In this document: positions 20,631 to 29,141 of the stretch, one piece after another | Layout: each line of letters starts with the position of its first letter | Position numbering within the stretch: position 1 is the stretch's first letter | The notes under the pieces: generated by a model | What the model saw: only the letters and a program-made list of their open reading frames with translations | Told to the model about the DNA's origin: nothing | The model's database searches: none | NCBI GenBank assembly: GCA_963813155.1 | Contig: CAWEYG010000002.1 | Span: forward strand, 320,001 to 384,000 | Length of the DNA stretch: 64,000 nt | From: an uncultured Acidobacteriota bacterium | Lineage (GTDB): Bacteria; Acidobacteriota; Thermoanaerobaculia; UBA5066; DATFVB01 | Reading direction: 5' to 3' | Made by a program: the position numbers and the translations under genes

Positions 20631-22493
20631 TTACCGGAGCGCGTGTTCCGCGACGCGCCTCACGAGGTCCAGATCCGTCAGCGGCCCCTGCCTTCCCCAG
20701 AAGCGAACGAAGCCACCCCGATCTCCAAACTTCTTGAGCCAGGCGGTCGGCCTTCCGTCCGGGTCGGCGCCAAGGACGGTCAGGGTCCCGGAAGGAAGGA
20801 CCGCGAGGGAACCGAGCCACCATCCCGGCAGGCCCCACTCGGCGCCGTCCCTCGTCGCCACCGAGAACACCTCTTCCGCGGACGCCTTCGGATCCGCGGC
20901 GACTCCGAGAATCCGCGCGGGCGCCCCCGGATCGAAGCCGGTGATCTTGCCGGTTCCGGCTTCGCATTTCAACGCGACGGGAGGGCCTCCCGGCCAGACG
21001 GCGCGGCCCCCGGCGTCGAGATACCGCCGAAACGCGGGAGCGGAGCCCTCCGCCGCGTCCAGGACCTCGGCCGGCAGCGCGTCCGACGCGAATACGACGA
21101 CGCTCGGAGCGCCGTCCTCCGTTCGCGCCCCCAGGAATCCGGGCAGGCTCGCCGCGTCGAGCTCCGTGTAGCCGGCCCCGGCGAGAAGATCGCGGACGGC
21201 GCGTCCGCCACGGAAGTAGTGGCCCGCCGACTTCTCGTCCCAGTAAACCGCCTTCCACGGAACCATCGGCCGGCGGCTTGAAGCGGTCAGGGCGTACACG
21301 AAACCGTCGTCGCTGCCGATGAAGACGAGATCCCCGTCCGCGGACGGAGAGGAGTACACCGAATCGCCAGTGCGGTACCTCCAGAGCTCGCGGCCGGTCG
21401 CCCGGTCGAGGCCGAACACGTTGCCGTCCTCGCAACCGACGTAGAGCGCATCCCCCGCGACGGCCGGCGACGAAATGATCCTCGAAGGCATCGCCACTCG
21501 CCAGCGCTCCTTCCCGGTCCCGATCTCGGCCGCATTGATGAAATATCCGTCCGAGCTCCCGACATACGACACGCCGTCGGAAATCGCCGGCGACGCTTCG
21601 CACCACGCGAGCTCCAGGTGCTCTTTCGTGAACGCGACCGGATGCGCGATCCGCCACAGGAGGCGGCCGGTCTTCGCATCGAGCGCGTACTGGTGCGCAT
21701 CGCGCGACCCGAAAGTGACGATCCCGTCCGACACGGACGCCGAGGACGCGATCGACCGACGGTCGAATCCCGCCTTTTCGGAATCGTTCTTGAACCCTTC
21801 CGTTTCGTATCTCCACCTCAGTTTTCCGGTGGACTCGTCAACCGCGTAGAGCACGCCGTCCGTGCTCCCCTGGTACACGACCTGGCCGCCGACCGCCGGA
21901 GAAGCCCGCAGCCGGCCGCCGGTGCGAAATCGCCACAGAACGGCGCCGGATTCCGCCGAAAGACACGAGAGCGTTCCATCGCCGCCGGCGGCCAGCACCC
22001 GGCCGCCGTCGACGGCAGGCGAGGAAATGATCCACTCATAACCCCAGGAGAAGGGAGCGTCGACGCCCATGGCGAACCGCCACTTCTCTTTTCCCGAGCG
22101 AACGTCCACGGCATAGAGATTGCGGTCGCGGCTCGCGAAGAACGCCGTTTCGTCCGCGATCGCGGCGCTCGAGTCGACCGCTCCGCCGGTCGAGAATCTC
22201 CAGATCTCCCGGCCGGACTTCTCGTCCAGCGCGTACAGGTTCCCGTCTCCGCTCCCGACGAGGACGCGGCCCTCGCTCACCGTCGGGCTCGAGTGGACGG
22301 GCCCAGCCGTCGGAAATCTCCACGCGGCGCCGGCGAGCCGGCGCAGGGGCGACGACGAGTAAACGCCGCGGTGCGACGGCCCGCCGCGAAACGACGACTC
22401 GCCGGAGGCCTCCGCTCCCCTCGTCTCGTTGGCGAAAACCGGCAGGCAAAACATTCCGGCCAGGCACGCCAGGGGGACGAGTCGTATGCGCAT
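20631..22493 (-). CDS. Secreted PQQ-like beta-propeller protein with an extra C-terminal alpha/beta domain
   Basis: FRGGPSHRG; repeated SSPAV...VGSxDGxLYALDxxTGxxxW. Confidence 0.85.
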   Translation of the reverse strand: MRIRLVPLACLAGMFCLPVFANETRGAEASGESSFRGGPSHRGVYSSSPLRRLAGAAWRFPTAGPVHSSPTVSEGRVLVGSGDGNLYALDEKSGREIWRFSTGGAVDSSAAIADETAFFASRDRNLYAVDVRSGKEKWRFAMGVDAPFSWGYEWIISSPAVDGGRVLAAGGDGTLSCLSAESGAVLWRFRTGGRLRASPAVGGQVVYQGSTDGVLYAVDESTGKLRWRYETEGFKNDSEKAGFDRRSIASSASVSDGIVTFGSRDAHQYALDAKTGRLLWRIAHPVAFTKEHLELAWCEASPAISDGVSYVGSSDGYFINAAEIGTGKERWRVAMPSRIISSPAVAGDALYVGCEDGNVFGLDRATGRELWRYRTGDSVYSSPSADGDLVFIGSDDGFVYALTASSRRPMVPWKAVYWDEKSAGHYFRGGRAVRDLLAGAGYTELDAASLPGFLGARTEDGAPSVVVFASDALPAEVLDAAEGSAPAFRRYLDAGGRAVWPGGPPVALKCEAGTGKITGFDPGAPARILGVAADPKASAEEVFSVATRDGAEWGLPGWWLGSLAVLPSGTLTVLGADPDGRPTAWLKKFGDRGGFVRFWGRQGPLTDLDLVRRVAEHALR

Positions 22494-22542
22494 GAGCACC
22501 TCCTGCCGCCTCCTACGAACTTCGCCGCGGACTGTTCTGAAA

Positions 22543-22561
22543 CCGCAAGATTTCGACAGCG
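22543..22561 (+). promoter_or_regulatory. Repeated operator motif in the divergent intergenic region (PQQ gene / TonB receptor)
   Basis: CCGCAAGATTTCGACAGCG. Confidence 0.45.
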
Positions 22562-22831
22562 CTGTTTCGCAATCCGGAAACACGAATCGAGATCCGCCGA
22601 TTTGAAGTTCTCGAAGGCGAAGAATTCGCGAACTCCCTCACCTTTCACGGGTTGGCCACCATTCGACGCTGGCAGCCACATTGCTATCGTAAGTAGTTGC
22701 AATTGAAGGATTTAATCTTACTTATGTCGTTAATCATTTTCGAATTTATTCAGAAAGGAGGAGTCGGAAAAAGTGTTCCCCGGAAAGATGGAAATTCGCT
22801 GTCTCAACTCGAAAATAAGGAGGGAGATTTC

Positions 22832-25800
22832 ATGAAGGTGTTCAGACTACTCGCCATCTGTCTGATGGCGGCTGTCTTCTCCGCGCCCCTGTTCGGACAG
22901 GGAGCTTCGGCGACGTACGGCAACATTTACGGGAAGGTCTCCGACGAATCGGGCGGCGCGCTGCCCGGCGTGTCGGTGACGCTGTCCGGCGGCGGAGCCG
23001 CGCGGACCGCGACGTCGGGAGGGCAGGGGGAATTCCGATTCCTCAATCTGGCGCCCGGCAACTACACCGTCAAAACGGAGCTCAACGGTTTTTCGACCGT
23101 GGAGCGCACCAACGTGACGGTGAGCCTGGGTTCCAACACGGAGGTCGCGATTCCGATGAAGATCGCCTCGGTGGCGACGACGATCACGGTGTCTTCCGAG
23201 ACGCCGCTGCTCGACACGCGCCGGGTGAGCTCGGGATCGGACTTCACGCAGGACCAGTTGAAGAGCATTCCGACGGCGCGCGACCCCTGGGTCGTTCTCC
23301 AGCAGGTGCCTTCCGTCCAGATCGACCGGGCCAACGTGGCGGGCAGCGAGAGCGGCCAGCAGTCGGTCTACATCGGCAAGGGCGTCGACGCCTCGCAGAA
23401 CGCGTGGCTCGTCGACGGCGTGGCCGTGACGGACATGTCGGCTCTGGGATCGTCCTCGACTTATTATGATTTCGACGCGTTCCAGGAAATGCAGGCAACG
23501 ACGGGCGGATCGGATCCTTCGATCGCGGTCCCGGGCGTCACGCTCAACATGGTCACGAAGCGCGGAACCAACGAAGTGCACGGATCGGCTCGAATCTTCG
23601 ACACCCCGAGCGAGACCGAAGCACGCGCGAACCGCGCCGCGGTCGGGCCGTACAGCTCGACGCTCGGCGGGCCGAGCACGCTCAAGGTCGGCAGCGGTAA
23701 CTCGATCGACCACATCCAGGACTACGGTGTGGAAGCCGGCGGACCAATCTGGGCCGACAAGGCGTGGTTGTGGGGAAGCTACGGACGGGACCAGATCGAT
23801 CTCGTCAAGCTCTCCTCGGCCGCACCCGACCAGACGACCCTCGAGAACTGGGCCGGCAAGTTCAACATTCAGCCGGTCGAGTCCAACTCGGCGACCGCGT
23901 TCTACTTCCGCGGCGACAAGATCAAGCTCGGGCGCACGGCGGTCTCCAACCGCGGCCAGGGCACGGCGTGGAACCAGAGCGGACCGACCGTGATCTGGAA
24001 GGCGGACGATTCGCAGGTCTTCGGGCCGAACCTCGTCCTGAACGCCTCCTACAGCTACGTGCGCGGCGGATTCCATCTCGCTCCGCAGGCGGGTCTCGGG
24101 CCGAACATGGTCCAGGACGCCAACGAAGTGTGGCAAGGGACCTTCTACGACTTCGCCACCTACCGGCCGCAGCACCAGGCGACGGCAAACGCGTCGTACT
24201 TCTTCAACACCGGGTCGATCGGACACGAGCTCAAATTCGGGTTCGGCTACCGCCACATCATCGGCGGCTCGACGACGACCTGGCCCGGCAACCAGGACAT
24301 CAACTACCTGAACTACAACGGCAGCGGCCAGTCATACGTCAACATCCGGCGAAACCTGGCGGTCAACGAGACCATGACCTACTACGACGCCTACATCGGG
24401 GACACGTTGACGGCCAACAATCTGACGGTCAACGTCGGCATCCGCTACGACGACCAGAAGGGCTTCAACGCCGCCTCGGGTGCGCCGGGCAACAGCTCGG
24501 TCTGCGACCCGAGCCAGGCGTTCTCTCTTTCGAATCCCTGCATCCCGGCCCTCAATTATTCCGGAGCCGCAGCGGAGATCCACTTCAAGGACTGGGAACC
24601 CCGCGTGGGACTGACCTACGCCCTCGGCGCCCAGAAGTCCACGCTGCTTCGCGCTTCTTACGCGAGGTATGCGGATCAGTTGGGCTCGGGAAACGTGGCC
24701 TATGACAACCCGCTCGGCTACACGTACATGATCTACCCCTTCACGGACGCGAACCACAACGGCCTCGCAGATCCGGGCGAGCTCGGTGCGGTCTATTCCT
24801 ATACCGGTATCGACCCGAACAATCCGAACAGCCTCATCTCTCCCAACCAGATCGCGCACAACCTGAAGAACACGAAGACCGACGAGTTCATGTTCGGCGT
24901 CGACCACCAGATCCTTCCGGAACTGGTCGCCGGCTTGACCTACACGCACCGCCATCGCTCGGACTACATCACGGGCAACTACATCGGCGTCACGGCGGCG
25001 AACTTCGTGCTCGACCCGAGCCGGAGCGGCAAGAACGCCTATGATCAGCAGGGCAATCTTGTCGGCACAACCGGGAACTATTACGACTTCATCGCCCCGG
25101 CTGGATTCAACGGCGGAGCAATCCTGACCAACGATCCCGGTTACACCACCAACTACAACGGGGTCGAGCTCCAGCTCACGAAGCGCCTTTCCAATCGCTG
25201 GATGATGCACGGTTCCGTCGCGTACACCGACTGGAAGCAGAGCGTCAACGGCGCCAACGGCTGCCTGGCGTCCAACGCCGGCTTGACGAGCTGGAAGGGG
25301 CCCACCAACGTGCTGACCCCGGCGGGATCGAGCTGCGCCGACGGAGGCCAGGTCTACCAGGAATCGCTGGGGTCGGGCTCGAAGGGCGACGTGTTCCTGA
25401 GCTCGAAGTACCAATTCAACGTCAGCGGCCTGTACCAGCTTCCGATGAACTTCAACGTCGCGGCCAACCTGTTCGGCCGCCAGGGCTACCTCATCCCGTA
25501 CTACGCTGCGGTCTCCGGCGGCGACGTGGGCGCCTCTCTCGGTGCGCGCAACGTCATCGTCGGCAACAGCGACGACCACCGCTTGAAGAACCTCTACCAG
25601 CTCGACCTGCGAGCGGAGAAGGTTCTTCCCCTGTTCCAGAAGGCGGACATGACTCTCTCGATCGACATGTTCAACGCCTTGAACAGCGACACGATCCTCC
25701 AGCAGGCAGCGCAGCTCTCCACCACGGCTTGCGGGGCGGCGAACGCCGCCAAGAGCTGCACCGGCAAGGGCAATCGCGTCGAAGAACGCGAGAGCCCGCG

Positions 25801-25834
25801 GGTTCTCCGGTTCGGAGCTCGCCTGAGCTTCTAA
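22832..25834 (+). CDS. TonB-dependent receptor, Oar-like, with N-terminal carboxypeptidase-regulatory-like domain
   Basis: GNIYGKVSDESGGALPGVSVT, plug NMVTKRGTN, C-terminal PRVLRFGARLSF. Confidence 0.9.
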   Translation: MKVFRLLAICLMAAVFSAPLFGQGASATYGNIYGKVSDESGGALPGVSVTLSGGGAARTATSGGQGEFRFLNLAPGNYTVKTELNGFSTVERTNVTVSLGSNTEVAIPMKIASVATTITVSSETPLLDTRRVSSGSDFTQDQLKSIPTARDPWVVLQQVPSVQIDRANVAGSESGQQSVYIGKGVDASQNAWLVDGVAVTDMSALGSSSTYYDFDAFQEMQATTGGSDPSIAVPGVTLNMVTKRGTNEVHGSARIFDTPSETEARANRAAVGPYSSTLGGPSTLKVGSGNSIDHIQDYGVEAGGPIWADKAWLWGSYGRDQIDLVKLSSAAPDQTTLENWAGKFNIQPVESNSATAFYFRGDKIKLGRTAVSNRGQGTAWNQSGPTVIWKADDSQVFGPNLVLNASYSYVRGGFHLAPQAGLGPNMVQDANEVWQGTFYDFATYRPQHQATANASYFFNTGSIGHELKFGFGYRHIIGGSTTTWPGNQDINYLNYNGSGQSYVNIRRNLAVNETMTYYDAYIGDTLTANNLTVNVGIRYDDQKGFNAASGAPGNSSVCDPSQAFSLSNPCIPALNYSGAAAEIHFKDWEPRVGLTYALGAQKSTLLRASYARYADQLGSGNVAYDNPLGYTYMIYPFTDANHNGLADPGELGAVYSYTGIDPNNPNSLISPNQIAHNLKNTKTDEFMFGVDHQILPELVAGLTYTHRHRSDYITGNYIGVTAANFVLDPSRSGKNAYDQQGNLVGTTGNYYDFIAPAGFNGGAILTNDPGYTTNYNGVELQLTKRLSNRWMMHGSVAYTDWKQSVNGANGCLASNAGLTSWKGPTNVLTPAGSSCADGGQVYQESLGSGSKGDVFLSSKYQFNVSGLYQLPMNFNVAANLFGRQGYLIPYYAAVSGGDVGASLGARNVIVGNSDDHRLKNLYQLDLRAEKVLPLFQKADMTLSIDMFNALNSDTILQQAAQLSTTACGAANAAKSCTGKGNRVEERESPRVLRFGARLSF

Positions 25835-25855
25835 CTCGTTCCCGGAATTCTCTTC

Positions 25856-25887
25856 GCCCCGCCGGGAAACCGGCGGGGCTTTTTTTC
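25856..25887 (+). terminator. Rho-independent terminator
   Basis: GCCCCGCCGG-GAAA-CCGGCGGGGC followed by a T run. Confidence 0.85.
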
Positions 25888-25892
25888 AGCGT

Positions 25893-26225
25893 TCAGCGCG
25901 GAAGGACGGGATCGGGCTCTTCTTCGGACACGGACGGCCGGCCCAGGCCGCGGACCAGCCGCTTGAGATCTCCTTCGTCCTGGACGGACGTCAGATCGAT
26001 CTCGGATTCGATCAGGCCGTCGATCAACGCGCGGACGATGTCGGTTCGCTTGACGATCGCTCCGGTCGACGCGCGAATGTCGGTGATCAGGCGATCCAGG
26101 AAAATGATCTGGCGGTCGTAGAGAACCATCGTGACCCGCGACCATTGATCGAGAAGAGCGGGAGGCCTTCCCCACCGGGGACCGTTGGGGCTCGACACCT
26201 CCGGCCGATCTTTCACCGATTTCAT
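25893..26225 (-). CDS. Small hypothetical protein, ribbon-helix-helix-like
   Basis: GRPP...WSRVTMVLYDRQIIFLDRL...RTDIVRALID pattern. Confidence 0.6.
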   Translation of the reverse strand: MKSVKDRPEVSSPNGPRWGRPPALLDQWSRVTMVLYDRQIIFLDRLITDIRASTGAIVKRTDIVRALIDGLIESEIDLTSVQDEGDLKRLVRGLGRPSVSEEEPDPVLPR

Positions 26226-26415
26226 ACCCGCACCTCCCGGAACATTAACGCCATAAATAAGGAACTCGTCCCGCATCCCATGTTTCGGATGGTACGCGTG
26301 GATCTCCCCAACGTGCTATCGAGAAATTGCGCGGGCATTCTTCCAGCGGCGTGCACTCATGAAAGAGTACGCACGCCCCGGGGGAAGGTTTCGCGCCCCG
26401 AAGCCGCCCGCGGAA

Positions 26416-27417
26416 TCAATCGGGCCTCGGAACGCCGGGCAGTTCGAGCCGCGCCCGCAATCCGCCCGCGGGCGAGTCCTCGAGCGAAACGGACCCGCCA
26501 TAGAGGCCGGCGAGATCGCGCACGATCGCGAGACCGAGTCCCGACCCGTCGACCGCTTCGTCCGCCTTCACGCCCCGTTGCAGCACGGCCTCCCGGACGG
26601 AGCGATCGATTCCCGGGCCGTCGTCGTCGACGGCGACGACGAGGGTCTCGCCGGCGAGCGAGGACTCGATCGAAACTCGCGACTTCGCCCACTTGCAGGC
26701 GTTGTCGAGAACGTTGCCGAGCATTTCCTCGAGGTCCTCGCGCCGTCCCCGAAAAGCGTGCCCCCGTTCGATCGACGTCTCGATCGTCAACCCCCTGTGG
26801 GCGTGCAATCGAAGGAGAACCCGGACCAGCCCTTCGACGGGCTCGCGGATCGAGGTCTCTGCCCCGCGCACGCCTCCCGAGGCCGCCGCGCGCGCGTGGG
26901 CGAGGTGATATTCCACCTGGCGTTTCATCCGGTCGACCTGCTGGGCAATCGTCGCGGCGAGCTCGATGCGGCCCTCGGCTTCCAGCCGCTCCGCCTCGTT
27001 GGAGAGCACCGCGAGCGGGGTCTTCAACCCGTGCGCGAGATCGCCGGCCTTTGCATTCGCGGTCTCGACCGCGCGTTCTCCGTGCGCGAGCAGGGCGTTG
27101 AGCTCGTCGACGAGAGGCTGCACCTCGGCCGGATATTCGCCGCCCAGCCGGCTCTCGCGACCCTTCCTCACCCCGGCCAGCCGGAGGCGCAGCCGGTCGA
27201 ATGGAACGAGCGCTCCCCTCACGAACGAGAGTCCTGCCGCCATACACCCTCCGGCGAGAATGAGCAGGATCGCCGTGTGCAGCGCGATCGCGGGCGCCTG
27301 CCAGCGACCGTGGGTCACGGTCAGCGCGACGGCGAGAAGCATCACGAGCCCGATGGTCCAGAGCGCCGCCCCGAAGAGGATGCGGCCGCGCACCGAGGAG
27401 ACAGGAACCTGAATCAA
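26416..27417 (-). CDS. Sensor histidine kinase (PhoQ/FeuQ-like)
   Basis: Two TM helices; LAHGLKTPL H-box; GNVLDNACKW; DDGPGI; GLGLAI. Confidence 0.9.
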   Translation of the reverse strand: MIQVPVSSVRGRILFGAALWTIGLVMLLAVALTVTHGRWQAPAIALHTAILLILAGGCMAAGLSFVRGALVPFDRLRLRLAGVRKGRESRLGGEYPAEVQPLVDELNALLAHGERAVETANAKAGDLAHGLKTPLAVLSNEAERLEAEGRIELAATIAQQVDRMKRQVEYHLAHARAAASGGVRGAETSIREPVEGLVRVLLRLHAHRGLTIETSIERGHAFRGRREDLEEMLGNVLDNACKWAKSRVSIESSLAGETLVVAVDDDGPGIDRSVREAVLQRGVKADEAVDGSGLGLAIVRDLAGLYGGSVSLEDSPAGGLRARLELPGVPRPD

Positions 27418-28100
27418 GAGCTCTTCTCTCCGGAGGACACGCCATCGCTCTTCATCCGGTATCCGAGACCGCGCACGGTCTCGATGACGCCGGCGCCGAG
27501 CTTGCGGCGAAGACGCGCTACGAAAACCTCGATCGTGTTGGAATCGCGATCGGAGTTGAGGGAATAGATGTGGTCCGTCAGCTCGGTCTGGGGCACCGCA
27601 CGCCCGCCGTGGTGCATCAGGTAGGAGAGGACCCGCAGCTCGAGCGCGGTCAACCGGACTTCCTCGCCCCGGAGTGTGACCCTACCCGCGCGAGGGTCGA
27701 GCGTCACCGCGCCGCAGCGGAGCTCGGGAGACGGCAGGCCGCTGGCCCTCCGGATCAGGCTTCGGAGCCGAGCGAGCAGCTCCTCCATTCGAAACGGCTT
27801 CGAGAGGTAATCGTCGGCGCCCGAATCGATCCCCTGGACCTTTTCGGACCAGCTTCCCCGCGCCGTCAGAACCATCACCGGGACCTTCATGCCGGCGTCG
27901 CGCCACCGCCGAAGAATCGTCAGCCCGTCGACCTTCGGGAGGCCGAGGTCGAGCACGACGACGTCGTAGGTTTCGGTCTGCGCGAGAAAATCCGCCTTCT
28001 CGCCGTCCGCCGCGCAGTCCACCGCGTAGCCGTTCTCGCGCAGAGCGGCGGAGAGTTGCTGCGACAGGCGCGCCTCATCCTCGGCGACGAGCGCGCGCAT
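27414..28100 (-). CDS. OmpR/PhoP-family response regulator
   Basis: VAEDE, VLDLGLP, GADDYLSKPF, winged helix IETVRGLGY. Confidence 0.95.
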   Translation of the reverse strand: MRALVAEDEARLSQQLSAALRENGYAVDCAADGEKADFLAQTETYDVVVLDLGLPKVDGLTILRRWRDAGMKVPVMVLTARGSWSEKVQGIDSGADDYLSKPFRMEELLARLRSLIRRASGLPSPELRCGAVTLDPRAGRVTLRGEEVRLTALELRVLSYLMHHGGRAVPQTELTDHIYSLNSDRDSNTIEVFVARLRRKLGAGVIETVRGLGYRMKSDGVSSGEKSS

Positions 28101-28140
28101 CGGATCCTCGTGGCATGGGACGGTTATAGCCCAACCCGGC

Positions 28141-28181
28141 CTGAACGGCGCATGAACGACGCCTTCAGCCGCGGTTCAGCC
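28141..28181. promoter_or_regulatory. Putative OmpR/PhoP-type binding boxes
   Basis: TGAAC twice at 11-bp spacing, then TTCAGC twice at 11-bp spacing in the opposite orientation, between the divergent regulator and target. Confidence 0.55.
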
Positions 28182-28217
28182 TCGAAGGGATACGTTGCCG
28201 CGCAAGGAGGATTATTC

Positions 28218-29141
28218 ATGAAGCTCAAGATCTTTGCCGTCGCGATCGCGCTCGCCGCCGCCGCGTCGGTCTCGAGAAACGCCCGTGCCGCGGGCGACCC
28301 CATTTCCGGCGAGTGGGACGTGACGTTCCGGATCGAGGGAATGACGACGCCCGCGACGTTCAAGTTCGCCCTGTCCGGCGACCGGGTCAGCGGAACCGCG
28401 GACTCCCATCACACGGGCGCGGGAACCGTTCGCGACGGGTCCTGGAAAGACGGCCGGCTCGCGATGACGCTCGACTTCGCGTCGCACGAGTCGATCGTGG
28501 TCACCGGGAGCCTCGAGGGCGAACAGCTGACCGGCGAGTTCCGAACAGAAGGAAGAGTGGGCAAATGGGACGCCCGCAAGAAACGTCCCGGCGAGCACGT
28601 TCACGCAAGCGCCGCGGCCGCGTCGCCGCACTCGGCGCCCCCCAGCCCGTACGCGCCGTACGAGCAGCTCATCGGCGAATGGGACGTCGCTCCCGAAGGC
28701 GGCGGCCCCGCGACGGCGGGCGCGGTCTTCCGGTGGGGTCCGAATCATTCGTACATCTGGACCGCCGGCACGTTGGTTCACGACGGCGTCCAGGAGCCGC
28801 ACTTCGAGGGAATGATGATGTGGAACGGCGTCCACCGGAACCTGGACGCGCTGCTCGTCCTCGACATGCGATACGGCCTCGCACAGGAACAGGGCACCTA
28901 TTCGATCGAGCCCGACGGGACGATCGTGCGCGAAATCACCGCCGTCTTTTCGGAGGGCGTGCAGCCGATGGGGCAGGAGGTCGCCGGCCCGGGCGGCGCG
29001 ACGTCGCGTTTCCGCCAGACGTTCAAGTCGCAGGGGCCGGACCGCTTTGCGACGGCCGTCCTGCGGCAGAGCGGCGACGGGTGGGTCGCCACCTTTCCGG
29101 GAAGCGATCACCTCGTGATGACGCGCCGCTCGAACAGTTAG
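28218..29141 (+). CDS. Secreted hypothetical protein with two lipocalin-like beta domains
   Basis: Signal peptide; ISGEWDV and LIGEWDV open the two halves; AAGGAGG RBS. Confidence 0.7.
   Translation: MKLKIFAVAIALAAAASVSRNARAAGDPISGEWDVTFRIEGMTTPATFKFALSGDRVSGTADSHHTGAGTVRDGSWKDGRLAMTLDFASHESIVVTGSLEGEQLTGEFRTEGRVGKWDARKKRPGEHVHASAAAASPHSAPPSPYAPYEQLIGEWDVAPEGGGPATAGAVFRWGPNHSYIWTAGTLVHDGVQEPHFEGMMMWNGVHRNLDALLVLDMRYGLAQEQGTYSIEPDGTIVREITAVFSEGVQPMGQEVAGPGGATSRFRQTFKSQGPDRFATAVLRQSGDGWVATFPGSDHLVMTRRSNS

Noticed and set aside
22660-22830. AT-rich leader of the TonB receptor as a riboswitch
   Set aside because: No cobalamin, TPP or other aptamer consensus recognised; probably promoter DNA
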